Below, in pieces: positions 37,718-46,671 of a stretch of DNA of 64,000 bases (positions within the stretch are counted from its first letter, which is position 1; each line of letters begins with the position of its first letter). The stretch lies in contig OZ253554.1 in NCBI GenBank assembly GCA_965262675.1, positions 844,496 through 908,495 of the forward strand. Direction: 5' to 3'. The stretch comes from Terriglobia bacterium (lineage in GTDB: Bacteria; Acidobacteriota; Terriglobia; 20CM-2-55-15). The notes under the pieces were generated by a model. The model did no database searches, was not told the origin of the DNA, and was given only the letters and a program-made list of their open reading frames with translations. The position numbers and the translations under genes are program-made.

Positions 37718-38011
37718 ATGCCGATGAAGAACCCGCCGCACCCCGGCAAGGTGGTACGCATATCCTGCCTGGAGCCGCTCGGCCTCAGCGTCACCGAAGG
37801 CGCGAAAGTCCTGGGAGTCAGCCGCCAGGCGCTCTCGAACGTCGTGAACTGCCGCGCCCGCATCTCGAGCGACATGGCGGTGCGACTGGCCAAAGCCTTC
37901 GGTTCGACCACGGAAACCTGGATACGTTTACAGGCCGCCTACGATGTCGCGCAGGCCCAAGCTCGAGAGGATGAGATCGAAGTCGAGCGGTACGAGCAGC
38001 AGCCGGCATGA
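37718..38011 (+). CDS. higA: HigA antitoxin (XRE-family HTH)
   Basis: NPPHPGKVVR...LGLSVTEGAKVLGVSRQALSNVVNCRARISSDMAVRLAKAFGST.ETWIRLQ. Confidence 0.75.
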   Translation: MPMKNPPHPGKVVRISCLEPLGLSVTEGAKVLGVSRQALSNVVNCRARISSDMAVRLAKAFGSTTETWIRLQAAYDVAQAQAREDEIEVERYEQQPA

Positions 38012-38012
38012 G

Positions 38013-38165
38013 GGAACAGTAGATGATGGCTCTCAGGGAGAGAATGGATGAGTTCCCCCCGGCGCGTCGGAATAAAGTGGAGGAGCGAGCCAAGGCGTTG
38101 ATCGCCGAAGAGATGTCCCTGCACGATCTGCGCAGGGCCCGGGAACAAACGCAGGTGCGCGTCGC
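38013..38165 (+). pseudogene. truncated XRE-type antitoxin fragment (50 aa)
   Basis: ...LIAEEMSLHDLRRAREQTQVRVA then stops before any HTH, typical of the N-terminal arm of RelE/ParE-associated antidotes. Confidence 0.3.
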
Positions 38166-38220
38166 TAGGGCCTGAAGGTTTCTGACGGAACTGGAAGTAA
38201 ACGCAGACGATGCGGGGGCG

Positions 38221-38340
38221 GGCCGGGGCCAGAATCCTGCGGATTCTGCTTGGGGCTTCCAGCCGGGGCCAGAATCCTGCGGATTCTGCTTGGGGCTTCC
38301 AGCCGGGGCCAGAATCCTGCGGATTCTGCTTGGGGCTTTG
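38221..38340. repeat. 3 x 40-bp identical tandem repeat, each unit carrying the palindrome CAGAATCCTGCGGATTCTG
   Basis: agccggggccagaatcctgcggattctgcttggggcttcc repeated three times; no variable spacers. Confidence 0.85.
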
Positions 38341-38952
38341 CTAATACCCGATTTCAGCGATGCCCGGCGTCAGCCGGATCTGCTCGATCCCCCAGGGAAT
38401 CGTGAACGGCGCGTCCAGGTCGACATCCGGATACCGGGAATTGACGAAACCCTCGACCAGCACGTCGATCACAACCAGGGGAACGGACAACCCGTCCAGT
38501 CGTACCTCGCGCAACTCGAACCGGCCGCGACCGTCGTCCCCGCTCAAGGCGCCCTCGGCGAAAATAGTATGCGTCCCTTCAAAAAGAGTATCGACAATGA
38601 CGTTCCCGGTTCGGTTCTCGGCGTCGAACGTCAGTTCAGTCTCGGCGGAGATAATCCCGTCCGTCACCCGGATGTCGATGGAATCGACCCGGGGAGGGAT
38701 GTCTTCTTCCATCCAGAAGAGGACGAAAGATTCCATCTCGATCTCGCTGACCCGGATCGTGTCCTGCCCCGGGGCACGTCCGGTATCGAGTTCGCGTTGT
38801 CGAATTTCCTGGATCCTGGAACCCAGAAGGTTAGCGGCTTCCGGGGAAACGGATGTGAACTCCTGAGCGGACGAAGGCAGCGAAGCGCATGACAACACAG
38901 ACACCAACGCCATGCAGACCAAACGACCTTGAACCGCCGCAGATCGAGACAT
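38341..38952 (-). CDS. hypothetical secreted protein (203 aa)
   Basis: Signal peptide LVCMALVSVLSCASLPSSAQE; no family recognised. Confidence 0.5.
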   Translation of the reverse strand: MSRSAAVQGRLVCMALVSVLSCASLPSSAQEFTSVSPEAANLLGSRIQEIRQRELDTGRAPGQDTIRVSEIEMESFVLFWMEEDIPPRVDSIDIRVTDGIISAETELTFDAENRTGNVIVDTLFEGTHTIFAEGALSGDDGRGRFELREVRLDGLSVPLVVIDVLVEGFVNSRYPDVDLDAPFTIPWGIEQIRLTPGIAEIGY

Positions 38953-38963
38953 GCCTCGATTAT

Positions 38964-39731
38964 CTATCGAATGACTTGAAAAGTCCGGCTCCAGCGTGTC
39001 TTGCGGAAAAAATTCAAACCGAGATCCAGAACTTGCTGAACTCGGGCGCCGACGCCGGTCCGCGTGTAGGTTGCCGCGTCGGCTTCGTAGGACCAGTAGA
39101 CGACCAGGGCCTTGCCGACGATGTCCTCGCGGGGCACGAACCCCCAGTAACGACTGTCGGAACTGTTGTCCCGATTGTCGCCCATCACAAAGTAGTGCCC
39201 TTCGGGAACAACGAGTTCGTCGCCATCGACATAATCCTCATACGGCCAGAACGGACGGCCATTGGTGTCGCTGTACAGCCGGTCGGGATGCGGCTGAGGA
39301 GGAAAGTAATCGCGAAAAGGGTCCACATACGTCCCCGGCGGACTGGTATGCATCTTGTAAGGTTCATCGAGCGCTTCCCCGTTCACGAACGCCTGTTGAT
39401 CGACGATACGGACACGCTCGACCGGCAATCCGACCACACGTTTCACATAGTGCTTCGTGAGATCGTCGGGATAGCGAAAAACGATGACGTCGCCTCGATC
39501 GATGTCCCGAAACGGCAACACGGCATCCAATAACGATCCGGGAGTGCCGAACGCGAACTTGTTGACGAGCAGGTGATCGCCAACCAGAAGATTCTCCTCC
39601 ATTGAAGGGGTGGGAATCTTGAACGCCTGGATGATAAACGTGGTCCCGAACAGTGCCAGGATCACGGTGATCACGAGCGATTCGAAATACTCGCGGGCGG
39701 TCGACTTGGTGATGTTCAGTTCGTCGGACAT
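38964..39731 (-). CDS. lepB: signal peptidase I
   Basis: Catalytic Ser box SMEENLLVGDHLLVNKF, RVVGLPVERV, GDNRDNSSDSRYWGFV. Confidence 0.9.
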   Translation of the reverse strand: MSDELNITKSTAREYFESLVITVILALFGTTFIIQAFKIPTPSMEENLLVGDHLLVNKFAFGTPGSLLDAVLPFRDIDRGDVIVFRYPDDLTKHYVKRVVGLPVERVRIVDQQAFVNGEALDEPYKMHTSPPGTYVDPFRDYFPPQPHPDRLYSDTNGRPFWPYEDYVDGDELVVPEGHYFVMGDNRDNSSDSRYWGFVPREDIVGKALVVYWSYEADAATYTRTGVGARVQQVLDLGLNFFRKTRWSRTFQVIR

Positions 39732-39813
39732 ACCTATCCTCTGTAACGAAACCGTTAGACACTATAGCGTTTATGACCCGTTTGTTCCAGCGATGGCCGT
39801 CCGGCGCAAAAAA

Positions 39814-40533
39814 TCAGCCCGCGGCAGAAGCATCTTCATTCCGGATCGCTTCAAGAGCGCGCATCGCCGACGCCTGCTCGGCCGCCTTCCTGGTCGTTCC
39901 GCTGCCGGAAGCGACGGGCACACCATCGATCAGAACTTCCACTGTAAAGAGTCGCCGATGATCAGGCCCGGTCTCTTCGACCAGCCTGTAGCGGGCCGCG
40001 CGGCTATCGGACTGCAGCGTCTCCTGCAATATCGACTTGAAATTGGACACGGGGCCTTCGCCGCCCGCCGCAATCTCGTCGATCTGTGTACTGAACAGCC
40101 CCCGGACGGTCTCGCGCGCGACCTCGATACCGCCGTCCAGATAAATGGCCGCGAGCACGGCCTCGAACGAGTCCACCAGGAGTGCGGGCTTGCGCCGGCC
40201 ACCGGTCTTTTCTTCGCCCTTCCCCAGTCGCAGGTACTCGCCGAGGGAAATCCGTTGGCCGTAATGCACAAGGTTGGCGGCGCTTACCAGAAAGGACTTG
40301 AGCCTCGATAGCTCACCCTCATCGAGATCCGGCCGGACGCGGTACAAACAGTCGCCAATCAGGAAACCAAGCACCGAATCGCCGAGGAATTCCAGTCGTT
40401 CGTTGTCTTCGACAGTCAGGGAATCTTGTTCGTGAGCAAACGAACTGTGAGTCAAGGCGAGTTCAAGCAGTTGGCGGCGCTCGAAACGATAGCCCAGGGT
40501 GTCTTCAAGTTCTTCGAGAGGTCTGCCGTCCAT
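39814..40533 (-). CDS. rnc: ribonuclease III
   Basis: ERLEFLGDSVLGFLIGDCLY signature plus a C-terminal dsRBD (GPDHRRLFTVEVLIDG...); start taken at MDGRPLEELEDTLGYRF. Confidence 0.9.
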   Translation of the reverse strand: MDGRPLEELEDTLGYRFERRQLLELALTHSSFAHEQDSLTVEDNERLEFLGDSVLGFLIGDCLYRVRPDLDEGELSRLKSFLVSAANLVHYGQRISLGEYLRLGKGEEKTGGRRKPALLVDSFEAVLAAIYLDGGIEVARETVRGLFSTQIDEIAAGGEGPVSNFKSILQETLQSDSRAARYRLVEETGPDHRRLFTVEVLIDGVPVASGSGTTRKAAEQASAMRALEAIRNEDASAAG

Positions 40534-40552
40534 GAGCGCACCGCGTGGGGCG

Positions 40553-41773
40553 TCAATTGCCGGGCAGCGACTGTCCAACGGCATCGATGAGTTCTTCCAT
40601 CCCGTCGAGATCTCCATGAACCCGTTCGTAGACCCGAATCAGTCCATCTCGGGCTTCGGTGCCGGGATACCCGAGGTATACCGCGCGGGCCAGGGCCTCG
40701 ATTGCTTCGGCGCCCTTCTGATCGTTGGCGTAGGCCACGCCCAGCCGGTAGTAGGTTGTGGAGTCGCGCCCGTTTGAATCCAACGCCGCCAGGTACTCTG
40801 CCTGAGCATCCGCAAACCGGCCCCGGTCGAAGTCAATCAGGCCCAGGGCGTTGCGTATCCGGGAACGCAAATCGGCTTCTTGCTCGGGCGGCAGGACGCT
40901 CCCTTCCGGGCCCGACACGATGGAATCCAGGGTCTCGAGCGCTTGGGCGGCATAACCTTCGGCCTCGGTCCTTCGATCCGCCCGCGAACCATCGTCCGAG
41001 GGCAAACTCTCGGCAATCGTTGTCGACATCGTGATCAATGTGAACAGATCGTCGGGAAACAGTTGCAGGGCGCGCCGGCCGTAGTCGATGACTTCGTCCG
41101 TGTTCTGCAATCCCCCGTGTGCCACCATCAGGTTCCGAAAGAAAAAACCCTCGCTGGCACGATGACGCACGGAAGCTTCCGCATACTCTGGAGAATCCGG
41201 CGCCGGGGACGGCGCCGTGATTGAACGCGCCCGCAGGTCGGACGCGCTCTCCAACCCCAGTTCGGCGAACCGAACGGCATCCCTGTAATTACCCAGTCCA
41301 TTGTGGGCCTCGGTCAACGATTCGTAGTACGACACCTTGATCCGTTGGTACTGGAGTTCGGCCTCGGTGAAACCCGGAAGTGTTTCAGCATCCGGCAACG
41401 ACGCCAGGCGGCCTTCCATAAAGGCGGTCTCGGCTTCGAGGGCAGTCTCGGCAATTCCGATGACCGCCGCGAAGTCGCCCATCGACGCAAAAGCGTTCCA
41501 ACGAGCGCGTAGAACGACGGGACGAAGTTCCGATTCGGGATAGCGAACAAGAAACGACTCGGTCAGGTCGAGCCGCGCCGCCATATCGGCCTCGTCCTGA
41601 ATGTCCCTGAATGCGTCGGCTTCGAATTCCGACCGGACCATCGGTGTGAACGGATTGGACTGGGCCAGGGCAAAACTCGCCAGAGCGGCGATCGCCGCCG
41701 ACAGCGCCAGCATCGAACGGCACCGTGCCACGACCGGCCCGCCCGATTCCCTGCCTGGCAGCTTCAACATCAT
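40553..41773 (-). CDS. TPR-repeat protein with a signal peptide
   Basis: Multiple TPR-like helical repeats. The upstream 170 codons of ORF 40553..42286 overlap the next gene and are not coding. Confidence 0.6.
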   Translation of the reverse strand: MMLKLPGRESGGPVVARCRSMLALSAAIAALASFALAQSNPFTPMVRSEFEADAFRDIQDEADMAARLDLTESFLVRYPESELRPVVLRARWNAFASMGDFAAVIGIAETALEAETAFMEGRLASLPDAETLPGFTEAELQYQRIKVSYYESLTEAHNGLGNYRDAVRFAELGLESASDLRARSITAPSPAPDSPEYAEASVRHRASEGFFFRNLMVAHGGLQNTDEVIDYGRRALQLFPDDLFTLITMSTTIAESLPSDDGSRADRRTEAEGYAAQALETLDSIVSGPEGSVLPPEQEADLRSRIRNALGLIDFDRGRFADAQAEYLAALDSNGRDSTTYYRLGVAYANDQKGAEAIEALARAVYLGYPGTEARDGLIRVYERVHGDLDGMEELIDAVGQSLPGN

Positions 41774-41807
41774 GAACTCGTCCCGGCGGCGCGAACCAAC
41801 CCCGATC

Positions 41808-43325
41808 TCAGAGTCCGCACCCGCCGCCGAACGGCGCTTCGATACCGTTTCGCGCCTCAGCCTGCGCGCCGTTGTTGTCGTCGCCGAGACCGGCGCCGGC
41901 TTCGTATTGAACCAGAGCGGCCGCCCGGTCGCATTCGATGTCCAGAATCCGGCCGAGGAATACGTGAGACCATGCGCGCATTGGAAGTTCGGCGGATTCG
42001 CTTTCGATGGTCTGCGCGAAATAGTCCTTCGCCATCTCGGAATCGCCCTCGCGGCTCGCCAGCAGAGCCAGCCCGTACAGCGCCGACCCATTCGCATCGT
42101 CGTATTGCGCGAGCACCGTTTCGAAAGCGGTCCGCGCCGTGTTGTCGTCTCCCGAGTTGAATGCGGCCTGAGCCTCAAGCAGAAGGTCCTGAACCGGATT
42201 CGACGGCGGTGGCTCGGGCACTTCGGCGCGGGGGCCCAGGTCAGGCGCCAGGGCGATCGCATGGAACCGCTCATCGAAGCGCTCACGCTCAGCCTGGAGT
42301 TCTATCTCCAACGCCATTTCGGGAAAATATTCGCGAATCCCGACAGGAGTCTGCTCGAACCGCGCCAGACTATCCATGAAATAGGGTGTCAACAGCAAAC
42401 CTGACCGGTAAGCCGTATCCACAAGACTGTCAACGTTGTCCGCATCTCCGTCGATTCGCATCTCCACGGCCTGAATCAGCGATTCGGTGACCATGACCTC
42501 GAAATCGTCGGTATATTCCGATCGAACTCCTTCGATATCTCGAACCCAGTCCACCATGGCGTTGCTCTCGACCAACTCCTCGCGGCTTCTCCGGACAATC
42601 GCGTCGAGCGCCACGTGGAGATAGCCGTGCCGCACGTCCTCAACCGGATTCTGAGCGTCATAGCCGAAAACCAGATAGAGATTGTCGGTGTAGTTCCTGA
42701 CATGCACGCTGTTGACTGGCGCCGAAAGTTCCAGATATGCGATCAGGCGCCGGCCATCGATTGTTCCCGTCTGCGCCCGGATATACGCCCGGGTCTCAAC
42801 GACGGACTGACGCAACGGCCCCGCCATGACATCCAGAACCTGGTCATAGACCGGCGCCAGTTGTACCCACATCTGGCTGATGTCTGCTTCAAAGTAGAAT
42901 TCGTTGAGCAGTGGGAGGAAGCCATCGAGATCGCGTGCGTCGGGGGGGATGAACAGGTCGTCGGTGACGAAATCCATATCGGGCGGATAGGTCAGATTCA
43001 GGGCAAGGGAAACGTACCGCGCCAATTCGTCTTCGTGTGGCGTATCTCCCCTGTTTTCGGCGTAATATTCAGCCAGCCGTGTTCGAAGGTCGGGATCGAT
43101 GCTTACCAGTCGTTCCCGGACCGCTTCACGCACGGGATGATACTGGGGTGCGAACTCGACGTCGAACCCGGCAACGTTCAGGGCCGCGGTAACGGTAAAC
43201 ACGCGAATGTCGCGGTCGACCGTGGCGCTGGACTGAGAATCGTTAACGATCTGAGCGTCCGCGATGAACAAGGTTCCCCCAAGGACGGACACGACCGAGA
43301 CAGCTAAAATCCAATGACGCAGCAT
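41808..43325 (-). CDS. hypothetical secreted protein with a C-terminal TPR-like region
   Basis: Signal peptide MLRHWILAVSVVSVLGGTLFIADAQ chosen as start; no family recognised. Confidence 0.55.
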   Translation of the reverse strand: MLRHWILAVSVVSVLGGTLFIADAQIVNDSQSSATVDRDIRVFTVTAALNVAGFDVEFAPQYHPVREAVRERLVSIDPDLRTRLAEYYAENRGDTPHEDELARYVSLALNLTYPPDMDFVTDDLFIPPDARDLDGFLPLLNEFYFEADISQMWVQLAPVYDQVLDVMAGPLRQSVVETRAYIRAQTGTIDGRRLIAYLELSAPVNSVHVRNYTDNLYLVFGYDAQNPVEDVRHGYLHVALDAIVRRSREELVESNAMVDWVRDIEGVRSEYTDDFEVMVTESLIQAVEMRIDGDADNVDSLVDTAYRSGLLLTPYFMDSLARFEQTPVGIREYFPEMALEIELQAERERFDERFHAIALAPDLGPRAEVPEPPPSNPVQDLLLEAQAAFNSGDDNTARTAFETVLAQYDDANGSALYGLALLASREGDSEMAKDYFAQTIESESAELPMRAWSHVFLGRILDIECDRAAALVQYEAGAGLGDDNNGAQAEARNGIEAPFGGGCGL

Positions 43326-43373
43326 AATGGTGATGATATCAGGAGCCGGGCAGGCATGGCATTCGGAGAGTGA

Positions 43374-44675
43374 ATGAAAGCAACATACGTTGAAGATGTC
43401 GGAAATCGCATCGGCGAAAAGGTCACGCTGCGTTGCTGGCTTCACAACAAGCGATCCAGCGGGAAACTACGCTTTCTTATCGTTCGTGATGGAACGGGAT
43501 ATCTGCAGGCCGTGGTCTTCAAGAAAGCCGTGTCGGAAGAAACCTTCACGGCAGCAAGCGACCTGACACATGAGTCGTCGTTCACCGTCACCGGCACGAT
43601 CCGCGCGGACGAACGCGCGCCCGGCGGATGCGAGATGGACGTGGAGTCGATCGAACCGCTTCAGATCGTCCCGACCGATGACGAGTTTCCGATCACGCCC
43701 AAGGAGCATGGCATTGAATTCTTGATGGACAAACGCCATCTGTGGATCCGGTCCAGCCGGCAGCGTGCCGTCCTTAAGATTCGACACGAGATTATCCGGG
43801 CCGCGCGAGAATTCCTGGACGACGATGGGTTCACGCTGTGCGACACGCCGATCCTGACCCCGGCAGCCTGTGAGGGAACGACGACATTGTTTCCGGTCAA
43901 TTACTTCAAGGACCAGGCGTTCCTGACCCAGTCGGGCCAGCTCTACAGCGAAGCCACGGCGATGGCTCTGGGAAAGGTGTACAACTTCGGGCCGACGTTT
44001 CGGGCCGAAAAATCCAAGACACGACGGCATCTCACCGAGTTCTGGATGATCGAGCCCGAAGTGGCATTCGCGCAGGTCGAAGACATGATGGACCTGTCCG
44101 AGCGGTTCATCACGCACATCGTGGGCCGGGTCCTGGAGCGGCGCAAAGACGAACTCGAAACCCTCGAGCGCGATCCGGCGCCGCTGGAAGCCGTCGCGCC
44201 CCCCTTTCCTCGAGTCGCGTACGACGAAGCCATCGAGATTCTTCAAAAGCAAGGCTCCGCGATCGAGTGGGGCAGCGACTTTGGCGGCGGCGACGAAACC
44301 GTCCTTTCGAAGGAATTCGACAAACCCATCATCGTTCATCGCTATCCGTCGGCCATCAAGGCGTTTTATATGGAACCCGACCCCGTCCGGCCGGAAGTCG
44401 CGCTGTGTCTCGACGTCCTGGCGCCGGAAGGCTACGGCGAAATCATCGGCGGCGGCCAGCGGACGGCCAGCTACGATTTACTGCTGCAACGACTGGATGA
44501 GCATGGACTCGAAAAAGAGGTCTTTGACTGGTATCTGGATTTGCGGAAGTACGGATCCGTGCCGCATGCCGGGTTTGGAATGGGAATCGAGCGAGTCGTG
44601 GCGTGGATCTGCCATCTCGACCACGTGCGCGAAACGATTCCGTTTCCGAGGATGCTTCACCGGTTGAGGCCCTGA
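43374..44675 (+). CDS. asnS: asparagine--tRNA ligase (class II aaRS, AsnRS-type)
   Basis: N-terminal OB anticodon-binding domain, class II motifs, [24 protein letters not shown] and GGGQR; 433 aa. Confidence 0.8.
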   Translation: MKATYVEDVGNRIGEKVTLRCWLHNKRSSGKLRFLIVRDGTGYLQAVVFKKAVSEETFTAASDLTHESSFTVTGTIRADERAPGGCEMDVESIEPLQIVPTDDEFPITPKEHGIEFLMDKRHLWIRSSRQRAVLKIRHEIIRAAREFLDDDGFTLCDTPILTPAACEGTTTLFPVNYFKDQAFLTQSGQLYSEATAMALGKVYNFGPTFRAEKSKTRRHLTEFWMIEPEVAFAQVEDMMDLSERFITHIVGRVLERRKDELETLERDPAPLEAVAPPFPRVAYDEAIEILQKQGSAIEWGSDFGGGDETVLSKEFDKPIIVHRYPSAIKAFYMEPDPVRPEVALCLDVLAPEGYGEIIGGGQRTASYDLLLQRLDEHGLEKEVFDWYLDLRKYGSVPHAGFGMGIERVVAWICHLDHVRETIPFPRMLHRLRP

Positions 44676-44718
44676 AGGGCGTCAGTGGGATATTTCGCGA
44701 AAGGAAGCGGGCATCAGT

Positions 44719-45219
44719 GTGAGCATTGTGGAAATTGAGATTCGACGGGTGGAGTGGTTCAACGGTGGACTGTTCGCGGAAATCCTCTCTACCGCCGCCC
44801 GAAACCTTGTCCTGGCGCTGGAAGCTGAAATGTTGCAACTCTATCCTGGAGATGAGGCAACCGACCACTTCATGTTGGGCGCCGATGAGGTTGCCGTCGG
44901 TCGGGGAGTCTTCATGATTGCGTACAGCGCAACCACCCCAGTCGCCTGTGGCGCCATTCGACTGCGCAACCCCGAGACCGCCGAGATAAAAAGGATGTAT
45001 GTGATTCCCCAAGCGCGCGGCTAGGGGATAGCAGGCCGCCTGTTGGATGCTCTTGAATCGGAAGCACGCCGCCTTGGCGCCAGGAAGGCCGTGCTGGTGA
45101 CTGGGCCGAGGCAGCCTGAAGCGATCTCACTCTATTCAAGAGCCGGGTTCGTCGAGACCGAAGGCTTTGGAAAGTTCAAGGACCATCCGCTGAGCTATTT
45201 CATGGGAAAGCAACTGTGA
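44719..45219 (+). pseudogene. GNAT N-acetyltransferase interrupted by an in-frame TAG at about 45022
   Basis: ...RMYVIPQARG * GIAGRLLDALESEARRLGARKAVLVTG...: the stop falls exactly in the acetyl-CoA-binding R/Q-x-x-G-x-G/A motif. Confidence 0.55.
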
Positions 45220-45240
45220 TGCTCCGGGCCGGTTACTCCA
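45100..45240. repeat. 140-bp direct-repeat copy A (GNAT 3' end); copy B is at 46366-46510
   Basis: About 93% identical copies flank the TA cassette; listed ORF 46163..46495 is an artefact spanning copy B. Confidence 0.8.
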
Positions 45241-45296
45241 TCACGGTCACATCATCAAATAAGGTCACTGGGAAACACGTTTAAGCTTTTCCTGAT

Positions 45297-45509
45297 ATGA
45301 TCTGGACCATGAGCATCAAGGCCGAGTACAGGAACGGGGTCTTCGAGCCCCTGGAGGAAGTGAGCAACACCGATCCGGGAAAAATCTACCAGGTCTTCTC
45401 GGAGGATGAGTTGAGGCGACTCGCCGAGGACCTGCCGTGGCTAGAGGGCTCGGAGCGGAGCTTCGAGTTCTGGGAGAATAAGGAGGATGCCGTCTACGAC
45501 AGTTTATAG
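45297..45509 (+). CDS. DUF104-type antitoxin
   Basis: MSIKAEYRNGVFEPLEEV... matches the AF2212/DUF104 antitoxin N-terminus; overlaps the toxin by 23 nt. Confidence 0.55.
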   Translation: MIWTMSIKAEYRNGVFEPLEEVSNTDPGKIYQVFSEDELRRLAEDLPWLEGSERSFEFWENKEDAVYDSL

Positions 45510-45837
45510 ACAGGGCAACATCGTTCTGGTTTCATTCCCCTTCACCGACCTCACCTCGTCCAAAAGACGTCCCGCGCTGATCATTTCCCCGGATTCCTTC
45601 AACGCTGCCGGAGAGGACCTCGTGCTGGCCGCGATCACCTCGCACATCACGGACGACCCCAATGCGATCCAACTCTCCGACGCGGACTTTGCCGAAGGCC
45701 GGCTTCCGAAGAGATCGATCGTCAAGACGACTAAGCTGTTCACGATGCACTCGTCGCTCATCGTAAAGAAAGTCTGCGCGCTCAAGAGAGAGAAGACAGA
45801 AGAAGCCCTTCGGTCGGTGCGGGAATTTTTTTCATGA
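45487..45837 (+). CDS. MazF/PemK-family toxin
   Basis: RQGNIVLVSFPFTDLTSSKRRPALIISPDSFN. Confidence 0.7.
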   Translation: MPSTTVYRQGNIVLVSFPFTDLTSSKRRPALIISPDSFNAAGEDLVLAAITSHITDDPNAIQLSDADFAEGRLPKRSIVKTTKLFTMHSSLIVKKVCALKREKTEEALRSVREFFS

Positions 45838-45959
45838 GCGAAACGAGATCTCGCAAGCCTTCCTGGACTCAACGGGAAAAACTGATGCTGTCGCACCGAT
45901 TTCCCGTTTGATTCTCATGTGGCGCGGTTAGTGACCATGCCTCTAAAATTCAATGACAT

Positions 45960-46217
45960 ATGGCGATTCAAGCCCTCGCAGACGGCAAATTCCGAATGAT
46001 TTGGCACGACGATCTTGTAACGGCGATATTGGCAGTGACTTCAAGGATGGCCGATCCTGCGTTGCGGAAAAATGATACCGCAATCCAACAGACACGCAAG
46101 AACGCCTCCGATGTCCTTGCAGACCATCCGACGCTCAAGAATCTGTTGCCGACAAGCGACCAATGGCATCTGTACAATTTGTCCCCCGCCCCACGATTTC
46201 TTTGGACAGTGATTTGA
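45960..46217 (+). CDS. hypothetical protein (85 aa)
   Basis: ORF only; inside the repeat-flanked segment. Confidence 0.3.
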   Translation: MAIQALADGKFRMIWHDDLVTAILAVTSRMADPALRKNDTAIQQTRKNASDVLADHPTLKNLLPTSDQWHLYNLSPAPRFLWTVI

Positions 46218-46671
46218 GAGAATACCGAACAGGAGGATCACGATGTCCAGAGGAAGAAATACAGAATCCGGGGGCTTCGCAGGGAGCCCGTAGGGCGACC
46301 GAAGCGGCCCCGGATTCAGCGCGACGCGGGAAGGGCCGTTGGTCGGCCCGGCGGCAGGTCACGGTCGTGCTGGAGACTGGGCCGAGGCAACCTGAAGCGA
46401 TTTCACTCTATTCAAGAGCCGGGTTCGTCGAGATCGAAGGCTTTGGAGAGTTCAAGGACCATCCCCTGAGCTATTTCACGGGAAAGCAACTGTGATGCTC
46501 CGGGCCGCCGCCATTCGGGAGGTCCAGCGACCGGTTGATGTCAACGAAAGAAAAGCGTGATATCGGGAGTGCTTCAAGTCAAATTGCGTAACTGGCAACT
46601 CGACACCGATTGTCGCTGGGTACTGTCGGATCATGTCTGACGCTTACGCTTGGACCGCCATCACAGTTTTC

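Noticed and set aside
38221-38340. Possible mini-CRISPR or CRISPR leader
   Set aside because: Three identical 40-bp units with no intervening unique sequence.
40553-42286. Full 577-aa extent of the TPR ORF
   Set aside because: The first 170 codons overlap the upstream gene in another frame and are R-rich. The start was reassigned to the MMLKLPG.../signal-peptide region at about 41773.
46163-46495. 110-aa ORF as an independent gene
   Set aside because: Its 3' third is the duplicated GNAT C-terminus (copy B of the 140-bp repeat) and the 5' part has no support. It is treated as a duplication scar.
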